DNA of 29,369 nucleotides from a virus (IMGVR_UViG_3300030376_007233:1-29369), one strand, 5' to 3'. Positions 17,814 to 26,535 are shown, counted from the first letter of the stretch. Notes: generated from the sequence alone by a model not told the origin. A program made the numbers and translations.

Positions 17814-19540
17814 TGTCATATGGTACAAAAAGAGATTGGGAAGATGTGGACATTGTATGGACAATGGAAATTGATTATCTTGGGGATAGCTACAGATTCG
17901 CTACTATAACCATGGATTTGGTGGATGGGGATGGGATAAGCTATCCATATTTTGGAGGATTGGAAGATATAGAACTTTCCCAATCACTGCAAAAAGTAGG
18001 GGATATCTCGATTGAAGCAGATTCAGTTTCCATTGCCATCACATTTCCAGATAGGAACATAGCACAGGACCAGATGAATGGAAAATTCATTGAGGGTTCC
18101 AAGGTGAAAATTGGATATGTTTTTGTCCAAAATGGCCAAATTCTAACAGATTATGATTTTCGTCCAATCGTTTTTAAGGGAATTGTAACCACCCCAGTAT
18201 ATGGGCATCCAGGCCAATCCACTGGATATGTGGAATTCAGTGTGGAAAATGAGGTTTTCATATCATCCCAAGGGCTTCTATCTACTGTGATTGGTGAAAA
18301 CATGTACATAGAAGATGTATCTTGTTCTTCTGCCCTATATGTGGAACCAGATTTTACGTATGAAAGGGGGCTTATTGAAGTCCAAGATATCCACAGAGGA
18401 AAGGCCATTCCTTGGGTATTTGGTGAATTGCATGGGGTGGAACATTCAAGCGGATTGGATGCCAGTATTCCAATAACCCCTGCCTATGTTATAGCCTATG
18501 ACCCATCAGCCCCAAATGGCCCTATATTCTTTCTAATTGCTGGACATGTCACCAATGCGGCTTCAGTGAATTTGTTTTCCAATACTGGACAAGTGGACAG
18601 TTCATTGACATTCACTTTTGTGAATATCGATAATCGTGTATATACATATGTGAAAATATTGGATACCAGTACTATCCCTGTTAGTGTAGCGGCCAATTCA
18701 GATAGACAAGTATGGGTTGAATGGGATGATGGTGGGGCTTATCCCAATCCAGTGGGAACAGGAAACCTTTCTGGGGCTGGTGATATCTGTCTTTGGTTAC
18801 TCAGTGAATTAACAGATGATGTTGATTATGAAGCATGGAATTCATTGAGGCCATATCTCAATCAATACGAATTTGCTGGATATGTCAATGATGACAAAAT
18901 CACAGTGTTTCAATGGCTCCAAAAGAATATTCTTGCCCATCTTCCCATCCATGTGGTGAATGGTCCCAATGGGCTGAAACCCGTTCTTGATATCCATCAG
19001 AGTGGATTGGTGTTGGCTCCCAGATTATCCATCTCAGAAAGTCCAGATTGGGAACGATATGGACCAGTAACAACAGAGAACACCCCAGAAGATGTATCCA
19101 ATGTTATCACTGTACGTTATGCCAGAAATGGGGTGGTGGATGATTTCACTACATTTGTACAGGTTTCCAATATTATCCCCGCTGGTGGAAACCTGGCAAG
19201 TACGGCATATATAGCCCATCCAAAATCCATGCTATCCATCCAAAGATATGGAAAGAAGAAAAAGGTTATTGAGTTGGATTATTGTTATTCCAATCTGACA
19301 GCCCAACGAATAGCCCAAGATATATTGGAACAAGAAGCCCTACCAATTCGAACTGTTCAATATAGTGTATCTATTCGATATGGTTATCTGGTTTTGGGTG
19401 ATATAGTGGAAATAACAGACAGTGAAATTGGACTCAATAACCAAAAATGCCAAATCATTCAAAAAGTCTTTTCTGCTGGTCGATGGCTGATAAACGTAAA
19501 AATTGATGAAAACCCCAATAGGTATGAAAGAAATGTATAA
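17813..19540 (+). CDS. Baseplate hub/tail-tip protein (putative)
   Basis: RGKAIPWVFG, NVITVRY, SIQRYG and LVLGDIVEITD segments typical of hub-like tail proteins; synteny. Confidence 0.7.
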   Translation: MSYGTKRDWEDVDIVWTMEIDYLGDSYRFATITMDLVDGDGISYPYFGGLEDIELSQSLQKVGDISIEADSVSIAITFPDRNIAQDQMNGKFIEGSKVKIGYVFVQNGQILTDYDFRPIVFKGIVTTPVYGHPGQSTGYVEFSVENEVFISSQGLLSTVIGENMYIEDVSCSSALYVEPDFTYERGLIEVQDIHRGKAIPWVFGELHGVEHSSGLDASIPITPAYVIAYDPSAPNGPIFFLIAGHVTNAASVNLFSNTGQVDSSLTFTFVNIDNRVYTYVKILDTSTIPVSVAANSDRQVWVEWDDGGAYPNPVGTGNLSGAGDICLWLLSELTDDVDYEAWNSLRPYLNQYEFAGYVNDDKITVFQWLQKNILAHLPIHVVNGPNGLKPVLDIHQSGLVLAPRLSISESPDWERYGPVTTENTPEDVSNVITVRYARNGVVDDFTTFVQVSNIIPAGGNLASTAYIAHPKSMLSIQRYGKKKKVIELDYCYSNLTAQRIAQDILEQEALPIRTVQYSVSIRYGYLVLGDIVEITDSEIGLNNQKCQIIQKVFSAGRWLINVKIDENPNRYERNV

Positions 19541-20393
19541 TCAAAATTCAGCCAGAAAATTCGGATGGAATCCCCAATGGTTTGGGGTGGACACGTTTGG
19601 AAAGATATTGGATGAAGCTATCATGGAATTCCAAAGAGAACATGGATTGGAAGATGATGGATTGTGTGGACCTTCCACATATAGACGTATCTTTGTAAAA
19701 AGAGAATCTGAAATATCGAAGTGGGAACCCCACGAGCTGGAACCAGGTACAAAGAAAATTGTATATGATGGAAACTTTTTTGATATCGAGTGGGAACGGG
19801 TTGTTCTTTGGGATGAACCCAATGGACACAAAGCCAAACATTATCGTAAGGAGATTGGAAAACCAAGGGAACCAAAAATATTTGTGAACCATTGGGATGT
19901 ATGCCTTTCTTCCTCGATATGCCAAAAAGTTTTGGACAATCGTGGTTTATCTGTCCACTTTCTTATTGATAATGATGGCACCATTTATCAAACTTGTGAC
20001 ATGCAACACATCACCTTCCACGCTGGCAATACAAATAAATTTGCCATTGGTGTGGAGATAGCAAACGCATATTATCCAAAATATCAATCATGGTATACAA
20101 AGAATGGATTTCCAGAAAGGCCAATGTGGGAAGGAACTGTTCGTGGCAAGAAGTTGAAACCACATATGGGGTTCTATCCCATTCAGATGGAAGCCTTACA
20201 GGCTTTGTGGAAGGCTGTGGCCAATGCATGCGATATTCCCATGAGGTGCCCAATCAAAGATGGAAAAATGTTGGATTGTCTGTACGAACCAGCCACCAAA
20301 GGAAAATGGAAAGGCTTTGTTCACCATTTCCATGTATCCAATAAGAAGATAGATTGTGGTGGGCTGGATATGATTGAATATTTGGGGTGTTGA
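19533..20393 (+). CDS. Endolysin: peptidoglycan-binding domain plus N-acetylmuramoyl-L-alanine amidase (Amidase_2-like)
   Basis: AIMEFQREHGLEDDGLCGPST binding motif; VNHWD, SVHFLIDNDGTIYQ, FHAG, IGVEI, HHFH, KIDCG amidase motifs. Confidence 0.9.
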   Translation: MYNQNSARKFGWNPQWFGVDTFGKILDEAIMEFQREHGLEDDGLCGPSTYRRIFVKRESEISKWEPHELEPGTKKIVYDGNFFDIEWERVVLWDEPNGHKAKHYRKEIGKPREPKIFVNHWDVCLSSSICQKVLDNRGLSVHFLIDNDGTIYQTCDMQHITFHAGNTNKFAIGVEIANAYYPKYQSWYTKNGFPERPMWEGTVRGKKLKPHMGFYPIQMEALQALWKAVANACDIPMRCPIKDGKMLDCLYEPATKGKWKGFVHHFHVSNKKIDCGGLDMIEYLGC

Positions 20394-20394
20394 T

Positions 20395-20784
20395 ATGTCT
20401 ATGGATAGTGGAACTTTTTTGGTGGATATGCTGTCTAACTTCCCATTCTTGGGATTTATCATCTGGCAATATCTGACAGCACAAAAAGACCTAAAAGAAC
20501 AACGTTCCAAAATGGAGGACATCAGAAAGGAACAGATGGACCAGATAAAGGAAATGAGAACAGAAGCAAAAGAAGAAGAGTTTCAATTAAGAAATCGCTT
20601 CGAATCTGTCATAAAAGAACTAAATGCAGATAGGGATGCTTTGGTCACTCAGTTGGAAACCAGAATACAAGCCCTCGAAAAGCAGATAAGAAAAATCTTC
20701 CATGCTTTGGAAGACCTGAAGAAGGTGAAAAGCAAGGTGGAAAAAATAGAACTAAAGGAAGAAATCCGAAAAGAAATCGGTTAA
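20395..20784 (+). CDS. Holin-like protein (single TM plus coiled coil)
   Basis: Hydrophobic NFPFLGFIIWQYL followed by a long coiled coil; adjacent to the endolysin. Confidence 0.5.
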   Translation: MSMDSGTFLVDMLSNFPFLGFIIWQYLTAQKDLKEQRSKMEDIRKEQMDQIKEMRTEAKEEEFQLRNRFESVIKELNADRDALVTQLETRIQALEKQIRKIFHALEDLKKVKSKVEKIELKEEIRKEIG

Positions 20785-20820
20785 AATAGAAGTGCCCAAG
20801 GATTGTCCAAGGGCACCTAT
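20783..20820 (-). terminator. Terminator hairpin between convergent operons
   Basis: GTGCCC (20792-20797) / GGGCAC (20811-20816) with inner GGA/TCC; TTCTATTTT tail on the minus strand. Confidence 0.55.
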
Positions 20821-20838
20821 AAATTGACTTGTGAAAGA

Positions 20839-21069
20839 TTAAGGGGTGGGATTATATCCCATCTCTTTTTTCATGGTGTCAATACCCATTTTCAGATGTT
20901 TACATGGTTTTCTATATTCAGCAGCTACACACGAACAATAGCCCCAAAATCCCTTGGATGGAATATATCGAACAGAAACCCAATATCCTTTGATATCCAG
21001 TTCCCAATAAACACATTTTCCATATTTTGGAATTTGGTATACTTTCTTATATATGGTCGTCAAAATCAT
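20839..21069 (-). CDS. SWIM-type zinc finger protein
   Basis: CSC...PCKH fits SWIM CxC-n-CxH; GGAG 7 nt before ATG 21069. Confidence 0.7.
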   Translation of the reverse strand: MILTTIYKKVYQIPKYGKCVYWELDIKGYWVSVRYIPSKGFWGYCSCVAAEYRKPCKHLKMGIDTMKKEMGYNPTP

Positions 21070-21385
21070 GGCAGTACTCCGGCTTTTCATATTCTTGTGG
21101 AATTAGATAGTGGGTTCCATGTTGCATTCTGTAGTCATGTACACAGGTAATTCCTCGAAGCATCCCATCCATTTCATCCAATGAATGATTGAGATAGAAT
21201 ATCGTTCCATTTTGCATGGTTACAGATGTGATATGTCTGTCTTTCTCTTTCCCATCCACCCATAATTCCATTGGGGTGATTGTGGAAATTTGTTGGACAT
21301 TGATGGCAATAGCCCCAACACTTCTTGGGCTTTGGGTTCTGGTGTATGTTTCAAAATCCTTGATTTGGTAACAAATGATTATCAT
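21047..21385 (-). CDS. Hypothetical protein
   Basis: 112-aa ORF in the leftward operon; GGAG RBS and GAACCATG start. Confidence 0.65.
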   Translation of the reverse strand: MIIICYQIKDFETYTRTQSPRSVGAIAINVQQISTITPMELWVDGKEKDRHITSVTMQNGTIFYLNHSLDEMDGMLRGITCVHDYRMQHGTHYLIPQEYEKPEYCHDFDDHI

Positions 21386-21389
21386 GGTT

Positions 21390-22007
21390 CTATATCTCCA
21401 ATGGTAGTTTTAATTGTCTTTGGTGGTTTTCCAATCTTTCTTTGGCTGCCAGATAATATTCCTTGTCCAGCTCGTACCCATGGAATTCATAGCCCATATT
21501 ATGGGCAGCTATGGCAGAAGAACCACTTCCCAGATGGGTATCCAGTATCTTCCATCCCTTCTTTGCGTACTTATCGAGAAGCCAGGTATATAAGGCCACA
21601 GGTTTCTGTGTAGGATGAATTTTTGATATAGGATTATAATCTGGTCTTGGTTTATCCCAACCAGAAACATTTCCATTATATGTTAAACCGATATATTTAG
21701 CTTTCTTTAGAAAGGAAGTCCACGCTAATTCAAATTCACTCTGTGTTCCTAATCCTCCTTTTAATCCTTTTAATTTATGCCAACAAAGCCAACCTTGTTT
21801 ATGAGGAAGATTAAAATAATTAGCTCCCCAAATAATCTGTTTTTTTGAAACTCTAAATAGTTCTAAAAAATATTCTGATTTCGGGATATTTTTATCCCAG
21901 TCTGCAATGTTTATCCCATATGGTGGGTCAACAATTGCCAAATCGAATTCGTTATCTTGCATGGATGCCATTGCTTCCATACAATCTTTGTTATACAGGT
22001 GTATCAT
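21390..22007 (-). CDS. DNA amino-methyltransferase (N6-adenine/N4-cytosine, beta class)
   Basis: IVDPPYG catalytic motif, HPTQKP, LDTHLGSGSS SAM-binding motif, GYELDKEYY. Confidence 0.93.
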   Translation of the reverse strand: MIHLYNKDCMEAMASMQDNEFDLAIVDPPYGINIADWDKNIPKSEYFLELFRVSKKQIIWGANYFNLPHKQGWLCWHKLKGLKGGLGTQSEFELAWTSFLKKAKYIGLTYNGNVSGWDKPRPDYNPISKIHPTQKPVALYTWLLDKYAKKGWKILDTHLGSGSSAIAAHNMGYEFHGYELDKEYYLAAKERLENHQRQLKLPLEI

Positions 22008-22021
22008 GGTTCTTTCCTTGT

Positions 22022-22336
22022 TTATTGTTGTTTCATGTGTTCGTTGGCTTCTTCTATAAGGTTTTCGATTATCACACGCCTGGTGGATAAATCACGAATT
22101 CCAGCACAAAATTTGAGAATAGCCCCATGGGTTGGGCGTTTCTTTTGTCGTTGTCTTCTCCATCTTGTAAGGGTTTGGGAGTTAAAGCCCCAATCTTCCA
22201 TCATTACAGTATTGACTTTGTGATATCTTTGGGTTTCCAGTACCCAAGCCCCAAATCGTATTGGGCAAAAATCAGTTTCTGATGGAATGGCTTTCCATGT
22301 TGTGGGTAGTAGATTGGAATTGAATTTCCTTCTCAT
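22022..22336 (-). CDS. Hypothetical protein, possible degenerate HTH
   Basis: WGFNSQTLTRWRR...RPT resembles an XRE recognition helix; operonic overlap. Confidence 0.55.
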   Translation of the reverse strand: MRRKFNSNLLPTTWKAIPSETDFCPIRFGAWVLETQRYHKVNTVMMEDWGFNSQTLTRWRRQRQKKRPTHGAILKFCAGIRDLSTRRVIIENLIEEANEHMKQQ

Positions 22337-22608
22337 GTTTTTTTCCTTGTTTTATGGTTGTAATCTTTGATAATCGGCTTCAATGCTTCATACCAAACCA
22401 CTTCTGTGGATTTGTTGGTGTGTATGGCTATGAATTCACACAGCCGATATAGTTTCATGGTTTGGGGATGGCTATAACCCTTGGCATAGTTATCCACCCC
22501 TTGGGTAGTGATATCCAGATGATTGGCCAAATCTTTCCATTTGAATTTTGTGGTTCTTTTCTGCCTACACAGCCACATGGAAAAATGTGGACTTCTCACT
22601 TTTTCCAT
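22333..22608 (-). CDS. XRE/Cro-like HTH protein
   Basis: WKDLANHLDITTQGVDNYAKGYSHP. Confidence 0.75.
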   Translation of the reverse strand: MEKVRSPHFSMWLCRQKRTTKFKWKDLANHLDITTQGVDNYAKGYSHPQTMKLYRLCEFIAIHTNKSTEVVWYEALKPIIKDYNHKTRKKT

Positions 22609-23201
22609 GGAAATCCCTTTGTAAAGAAACCCGTTATTTTTTTACATATAGATAAAATCTTCTTGCTGATAATCCAGGAATACAAAATAAATCTTCTATA
22701 TGATGTGAGGATTTCATATAGTTTTTTAACATCCTTGGTATCCTGGATAGCTGTGTGGATTTTGTGTTTCTTCCAGCCCAAAAACGTTCTGATGGCATCC
22801 ATGGATAAGCTTTTCAGCCCCCATGGAACCAGATAAACAAATGCCAATGTGATGGTGTCGATAGCCCGATGGGAAACTTTGCATTTAACTTGATGTCTCC
22901 AAAAGAGGTTTTCTATAAATCCCAAATCGAATTTGGGATTATGACCAACAATCACAGCCCTATCCAAAATCATCCCCAGTTCGTGGGCCATTTCATTTTG
23001 GGTGATAGCTGTATCCCAATCTTGTGGGGTGTAGCCATTTACAGCCACAGCCATATCATCTATATGGTCCGGCCAATCTGGGTTGGCTTTCCATGTCCAA
23101 ATTTTTCCATCTGATTTACGTATTACACAAACAGAAATAATCTCGTGATAATCACAATCCAATCCAGTGGTTTCAGTGTCCAGGTATACAATATTTTCCA
23201 T
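22596..23201 (-). CDS. DEDDh 3'-5' exonuclease (DnaQ/epsilon-like)
   Basis: ExoI YLDTETTGL, ExoII VGHNPKFDLGF, ExoIII HTAIQD. Confidence 0.92.
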   Translation of the reverse strand: MENIVYLDTETTGLDCDYHEIISVCVIRKSDGKIWTWKANPDWPDHIDDMAVAVNGYTPQDWDTAITQNEMAHELGMILDRAVIVGHNPKFDLGFIENLFWRHQVKCKVSHRAIDTITLAFVYLVPWGLKSLSMDAIRTFLGWKKHKIHTAIQDTKDVKKLYEILTSYRRFILYSWIISKKILSICKKITGFFTKGFPWKK

Positions 23202-23202
23202 G

Positions 23203-23334
23203 TTATTTTCCTATGTTCGATTCCCAAATCAAATATAGCATAATCCCCATTATAGAGGATGAGATAGACAGATTTTGGATGATGGGTTTGAGAGGTGCTA
23301 TCATCAAATGTAATTCATATACAAAAGCATACAT
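23203..23334 (-). CDS. Small hydrophobic peptide, first gene of the leftward operon
   Basis: AAGGA RBS; 43 aa MYAFVYELHLMIAP...; stop abuts the exonuclease start. Confidence 0.5.
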   Translation of the reverse strand: MYAFVYELHLMIAPLKPIIQNLSISSSIMGIMLYLIWESNIGK

Positions 23335-23358
23335 ATTTTTTTCCTTGTTTTTTTTCGC

Positions 23359-23412
23359 TTGACAGAATGACAAACGCAAAGTAATAATATGATTGTCAAT
23401 ATGACAAGTCAA
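23359..23412. promoter_or_regulatory. Overlapping divergent sigma70-type promoters with a palindromic operator
   Basis: Rightward TTGACA 23359-23364 with TAATAAT 23382-23388; leftward TTGACT (23412-23407), 17 bp, TATTAT (23389-23384); palindrome TTGTCA-ATA-TGACAA 23393-23407. Confidence 0.7.
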
Positions 23413-23439
23413 GACATTTTTAACAAGGAAGAATAAAAA

Positions 23440-23937
23440 ATGAAAATTGCACAGCAATACCCAAAAAATATTAGACATGTTCTTACAAAAATAAAGGAAC
23501 AAGACTTGATATTTAATTATGAAACAGATGTATCTACTCTATTGGATACTCTTTTTGAAATGGTCAATAATCAACAAAGAATAATAGAACAGATGCTAAA
23601 ACAACAATATCAAGCAATAGAGGTTCCAATTAACCCTGCTGGGGTTTATGCGGTTCCATTTGATTTTGAACAGTGGTTCACCTGTTCTTCAGAAATCATA
23701 ACAGATATGAAAGAAGGTGAAATAGTAATTGTTCGTAAATCATCACAAGAACATTATGAAGAAGATTTTGCTTTGAAGTGGATGACAGTAAATCACATGC
23801 AATATGAACATGACGACAAAGAAATATATGTAGCCACAACAGATAGCCCAACATGTACAAATTGGTTCCAAAAATATGATGGAACCATTGGAAACAAAAT
23901 TAAAATTATCAATAACTTTATCAAACAAGGAGAATAA
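23440..23937 (+). CDS. Hypothetical protein, first gene of the rightward early operon
   Basis: AAGGA RBS; 165-aa ORF. Confidence 0.7.
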   Translation: MKIAQQYPKNIRHVLTKIKEQDLIFNYETDVSTLLDTLFEMVNNQQRIIEQMLKQQYQAIEVPINPAGVYAVPFDFEQWFTCSSEIITDMKEGEIVIVRKSSQEHYEEDFALKWMTVNHMQYEHDDKEIYVATTDSPTCTNWFQKYDGTIGNKIKIINNFIKQGE

Positions 23938-23938
23938 A

Positions 23939-24229
23939 ATGGAAATCAAAGAACTAATGACATACAGACCTATCAGAAAACTAGTGCAAAAATATGGAAT
24001 GGTGGGAGCTGAAGAAAGAATTAAAAGTCCTACTTTCCCAATCTGGCTATGTCTCAAAATGAACGAATTTGGGCTATCACAAAGAGATTTGGCCAATAAG
24101 ATGAATATGGATGAGAGTCTTTTATCTCGTTTGGTGAATGGTGAAAGACCCCCAAATGTCAACCACATAAAAGCATTGTCAGATGCTTTGGAAGTGGAAC
24201 CATCTGAAATCTGGGATGTGATATTATGA
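23939..24229 (+). CDS. XRE-family HTH transcriptional regulator
   Basis: GLSQRDLANKMNMDESLLSRLVNGERPP...ALSDALEV; RBS AGGAG. Confidence 0.9.
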   Translation: MEIKELMTYRPIRKLVQKYGMVGAEERIKSPTFPIWLCLKMNEFGLSQRDLANKMNMDESLLSRLVNGERPPNVNHIKALSDALEVEPSEIWDVIL

Positions 24230-24969
24230 TAACCATTGGAAGTTTTTTCAGTGGAATCGGGGGTTATGAATTGGGTTTGGAAAATTCTATTCCCAATTCA
24301 TCAACCATCTGGCAGATTGAAAAAGACAAATATTGTCAATCAATTTTAAGAAAACACTGGCCCAAGGCCAAATTATATGATGATGTTACAAAAATAAATG
24401 GAAAAAACTTGGAACCACCCACAATCATATGTGGCGGTTTTCCGTGCCAATCCATTTCCATATCGGGAAAACAAGAGGGGTTATCCAATGAAAAAAAGTC
24501 GGGTCTTTGGTGGGAAATGTATAGGGTTATTAGCGAACTCAGAAGAAAACCACGGGTCATTGTGTTGGAAAACGTTGCAAATATCATTCGATTGGGGGGA
24601 CTCGAGGTTCTTGGCTCCCTTGCCCAAATCGGGTATGATTCAGAATGGACGGTTATACGAGCTTCGGATTTCGGGGCCAATCATAGAAGAGCCAGATGGT
24701 TCTGTATCTCGTATCTTGCCGACTCCCACAGCGAACGAACACAAATATCGTCTGAAAGGGAATACCCAAGCCAGCAAATGTTTGGAAGCGATGGCCAGAA
24801 ATGGAACTTTTGGCAAAAAGGCACGGCTGAATCCCCACTATGTTCAGTGGATGATGGGATTTCCCAAAGGGTGGCTAGATTGAAAGCCCTTGGAAATGCT
24901 ATCGTGCCACAATGTAGCCAGTGGATTGGTGAACAGATTTGGAACAGTGGAATATTGGAGGAAGAATAA
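24226..24969 (+). CDS. C5-cytosine DNA methyltransferase, alpha polypeptide (motifs I-VIII and X)
   Basis: FSGIGG (I), GGFPCQ (IV), LENV (VI), HRRARWF (VIII), LKALGNAIVPQ (X); no motif IX in frame. Confidence 0.92.
   Translation: MITIGSFFSGIGGYELGLENSIPNSSTIWQIEKDKYCQSILRKHWPKAKLYDDVTKINGKNLEPPTIICGGFPCQSISISGKQEGLSNEKKSGLWWEMYRVISELRRKPRVIVLENVANIIRLGGLEVLGSLAQIGYDSEWTVIRASDFGANHRRARWFCISYLADSHSERTQISSEREYPSQQMFGSDGQKWNFWQKGTAESPLCSVDDGISQRVARLKALGNAIVPQCSQWIGEQIWNSGILEEE
24398..24883 (+). CDS. Nested +1-frame ORF: putative beta polypeptide of the C5 methyltransferase (TRD plus motif IX); start uncertain
   Basis: LPTPTA and RLNPHYVQWMMGFPKGW match TRD/motif IX features missing from the alpha frame. 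Confidence 0.72.
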   Translation: MEKTWNHPQSYVAVFRANPFPYRENKRGYPMKKSRVFGGKCIGLLANSEENHGSLCWKTLQISFDWGDSRFLAPLPKSGMIQNGRLYELRISGPIIEEPDGSVSRILPTPTANEHKYRLKGNTQASKCLEAMARNGTFGKKARLNPHYVQWMMGFPKGWLD

Positions 24970-25562
24970 TGGAAACATTTGTACAATTATTGAGTCGTTT
25001 GGATTACGAATATCCAGCCATACGAAAAGTAACGAAAAAGGCTTTGTTTTATAAGTGGTTGGATGGTGAACGTATGCCAACCCATAAGCAGATGATGAAG
25101 ATTATCAAAGTCATCTCTCAAACACCCTATAAAATGGGCATATGGCAAAGAGTCATTTTAACCACCATTTTGGGAGATAAGAAGCATGATAATTATGATG
25201 ATATCTATTTATTCGATATTCATCCTGTACCATGCCCAAGGCCACGTTTCACCAAATATGGCCGTCCCTACATGCCCCCAAAATATGTCCTTTGGAAAAA
25301 AGAGTTAGTCAGGCAGATTGAAAAGAAGAATATCCCCAGATACGATAAACCCATATCAATGGATATTGAATTTTGGTTCTTCTCCGAAAATAAGCCATGG
25401 GGGCTACACATTCAAAAGCCAGATATCGACAATCTCCAAAAAGGTGTCCTCGATGCCTGGCAAGATGCGAAAATAATCCCAGATGATTGTATTGTACACA
25501 CCATCCAAGCCAAGAAGATTTGGGGATATGAACCCAAAATCATAGTAAAAATCAAAAAGTAA
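24969..25562 (+). CDS. rusA: RusA-family Holliday junction resolvase with an N-terminal HTH-like extension
   Basis: PVPCPRPR, KPDIDNLQKGVLDA, IPDDCIV motifs. Confidence 0.85.
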   Translation: METFVQLLSRLDYEYPAIRKVTKKALFYKWLDGERMPTHKQMMKIIKVISQTPYKMGIWQRVILTTILGDKKHDNYDDIYLFDIHPVPCPRPRFTKYGRPYMPPKYVLWKKELVRQIEKKNIPRYDKPISMDIEFWFFSENKPWGLHIQKPDIDNLQKGVLDAWQDAKIIPDDCIVHTIQAKKIWGYEPKIIVKIKK

Positions 25563-25592
25563 AAAAAAGGGGTGGGAAATCACTCCCACCCC
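25561..25592 (-). terminator. Intrinsic terminator oriented on the minus strand
   Basis: GGGGTGGGA/TCCCACCCC 9-bp stem preceded by A8 on the plus strand (T8 tail on minus). Confidence 0.6.
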
Positions 25593-25627
25593 ACAACACC
25601 TAATCATGCAAAACAAGGAAATTGCAC

Positions 25628-26524
25628 ATGTACACCATAACAGCATTACGCAAAATATACAACACAAAGAACTGGATACAATTGGATTATTCATGGGAAC
25701 AATTGGCAGCATTTATAACCAATCCCAGAAAACTAACAAAGAAAGAAGAACTCCCAGCCTTTTCACCTGCCATGTTTTCCCAAGGGCTGAAAAATTGCCA
25801 TGTTCAAAAAGTCTCTCTGGCTGTCTTTGATATAGATGAAGGATTGGATTTTGGATACCACAGAGCCTTCCAAGATTACAGATACATAGCTTATACATCA
25901 TTTTCCCACTCAGAAAAGAAGCACAAATGGCGGCTGGTTATCCCATTCTCTGAACCAGTGGGGTGTTTTGCCAATAGTGATAAATGGGAAGCGGCTTGGA
26001 TGCAATGCAAGAAGATGTTCTTTGAACATACAGGAAGAATAATGGATGAACAGTGTAAAGATGCCAGGCGCTTCTATTTTCTTCCCAATACTGGTTCCAA
26101 ATATCATGTCAATATCCCATCATCTGGGGATGGGCTGTTTTCCATAGATTTTGAAGCAGTTACCAAATATGTGGAAGACAAGAAGAAAGAACAGATGGAA
26201 AAGTTGGAACGAATGAGGAACAGAGCCAAATCCATAGAGAATATGCCATATTATCTACAAGACCCAAAAGAACATCTATCTATAAAGTTGGCCACAGAAG
26301 AAAGTTATCGTGTAGAACTGGGAAAAAAGATACAAGGAAGAAGCACTGGTGGAAATAACCCAAGAATAGTTGGATGGAAATGCCCAAATTGTGGGAAAAG
26401 TGACGCTACATATTTCTATGTATCACCCTTGGGAAATCGGACTTCTGCCCAATGTGGACATCTGAACAGTTGTGGACATTGGTGGACGTTGTTTGGTCTT
26501 GGTAGATTATTTGGTGTATGTTAG
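25628..26524 (+). CDS. AEP-family primase(-polymerase)-like protein with a C-terminal Zn-binding domain
   Basis: VFDID (DxD), YTSFSH, KWRLVIPFSEPV, DEQCKDARRFYFLP; CPNC...CGHLNSC. Confidence 0.8.
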   Translation: MYTITALRKIYNTKNWIQLDYSWEQLAAFITNPRKLTKKEELPAFSPAMFSQGLKNCHVQKVSLAVFDIDEGLDFGYHRAFQDYRYIAYTSFSHSEKKHKWRLVIPFSEPVGCFANSDKWEAAWMQCKKMFFEHTGRIMDEQCKDARRFYFLPNTGSKYHVNIPSSGDGLFSIDFEAVTKYVEDKKKEQMEKLERMRNRAKSIENMPYYLQDPKEHLSIKLATEESYRVELGKKIQGRSTGGNNPRIVGWKCPNCGKSDATYFYVSPLGNRTSAQCGHLNSCGHWWTLFGLGRLFGVC

Positions 26525-26535
26525 GAGATAGGAAA

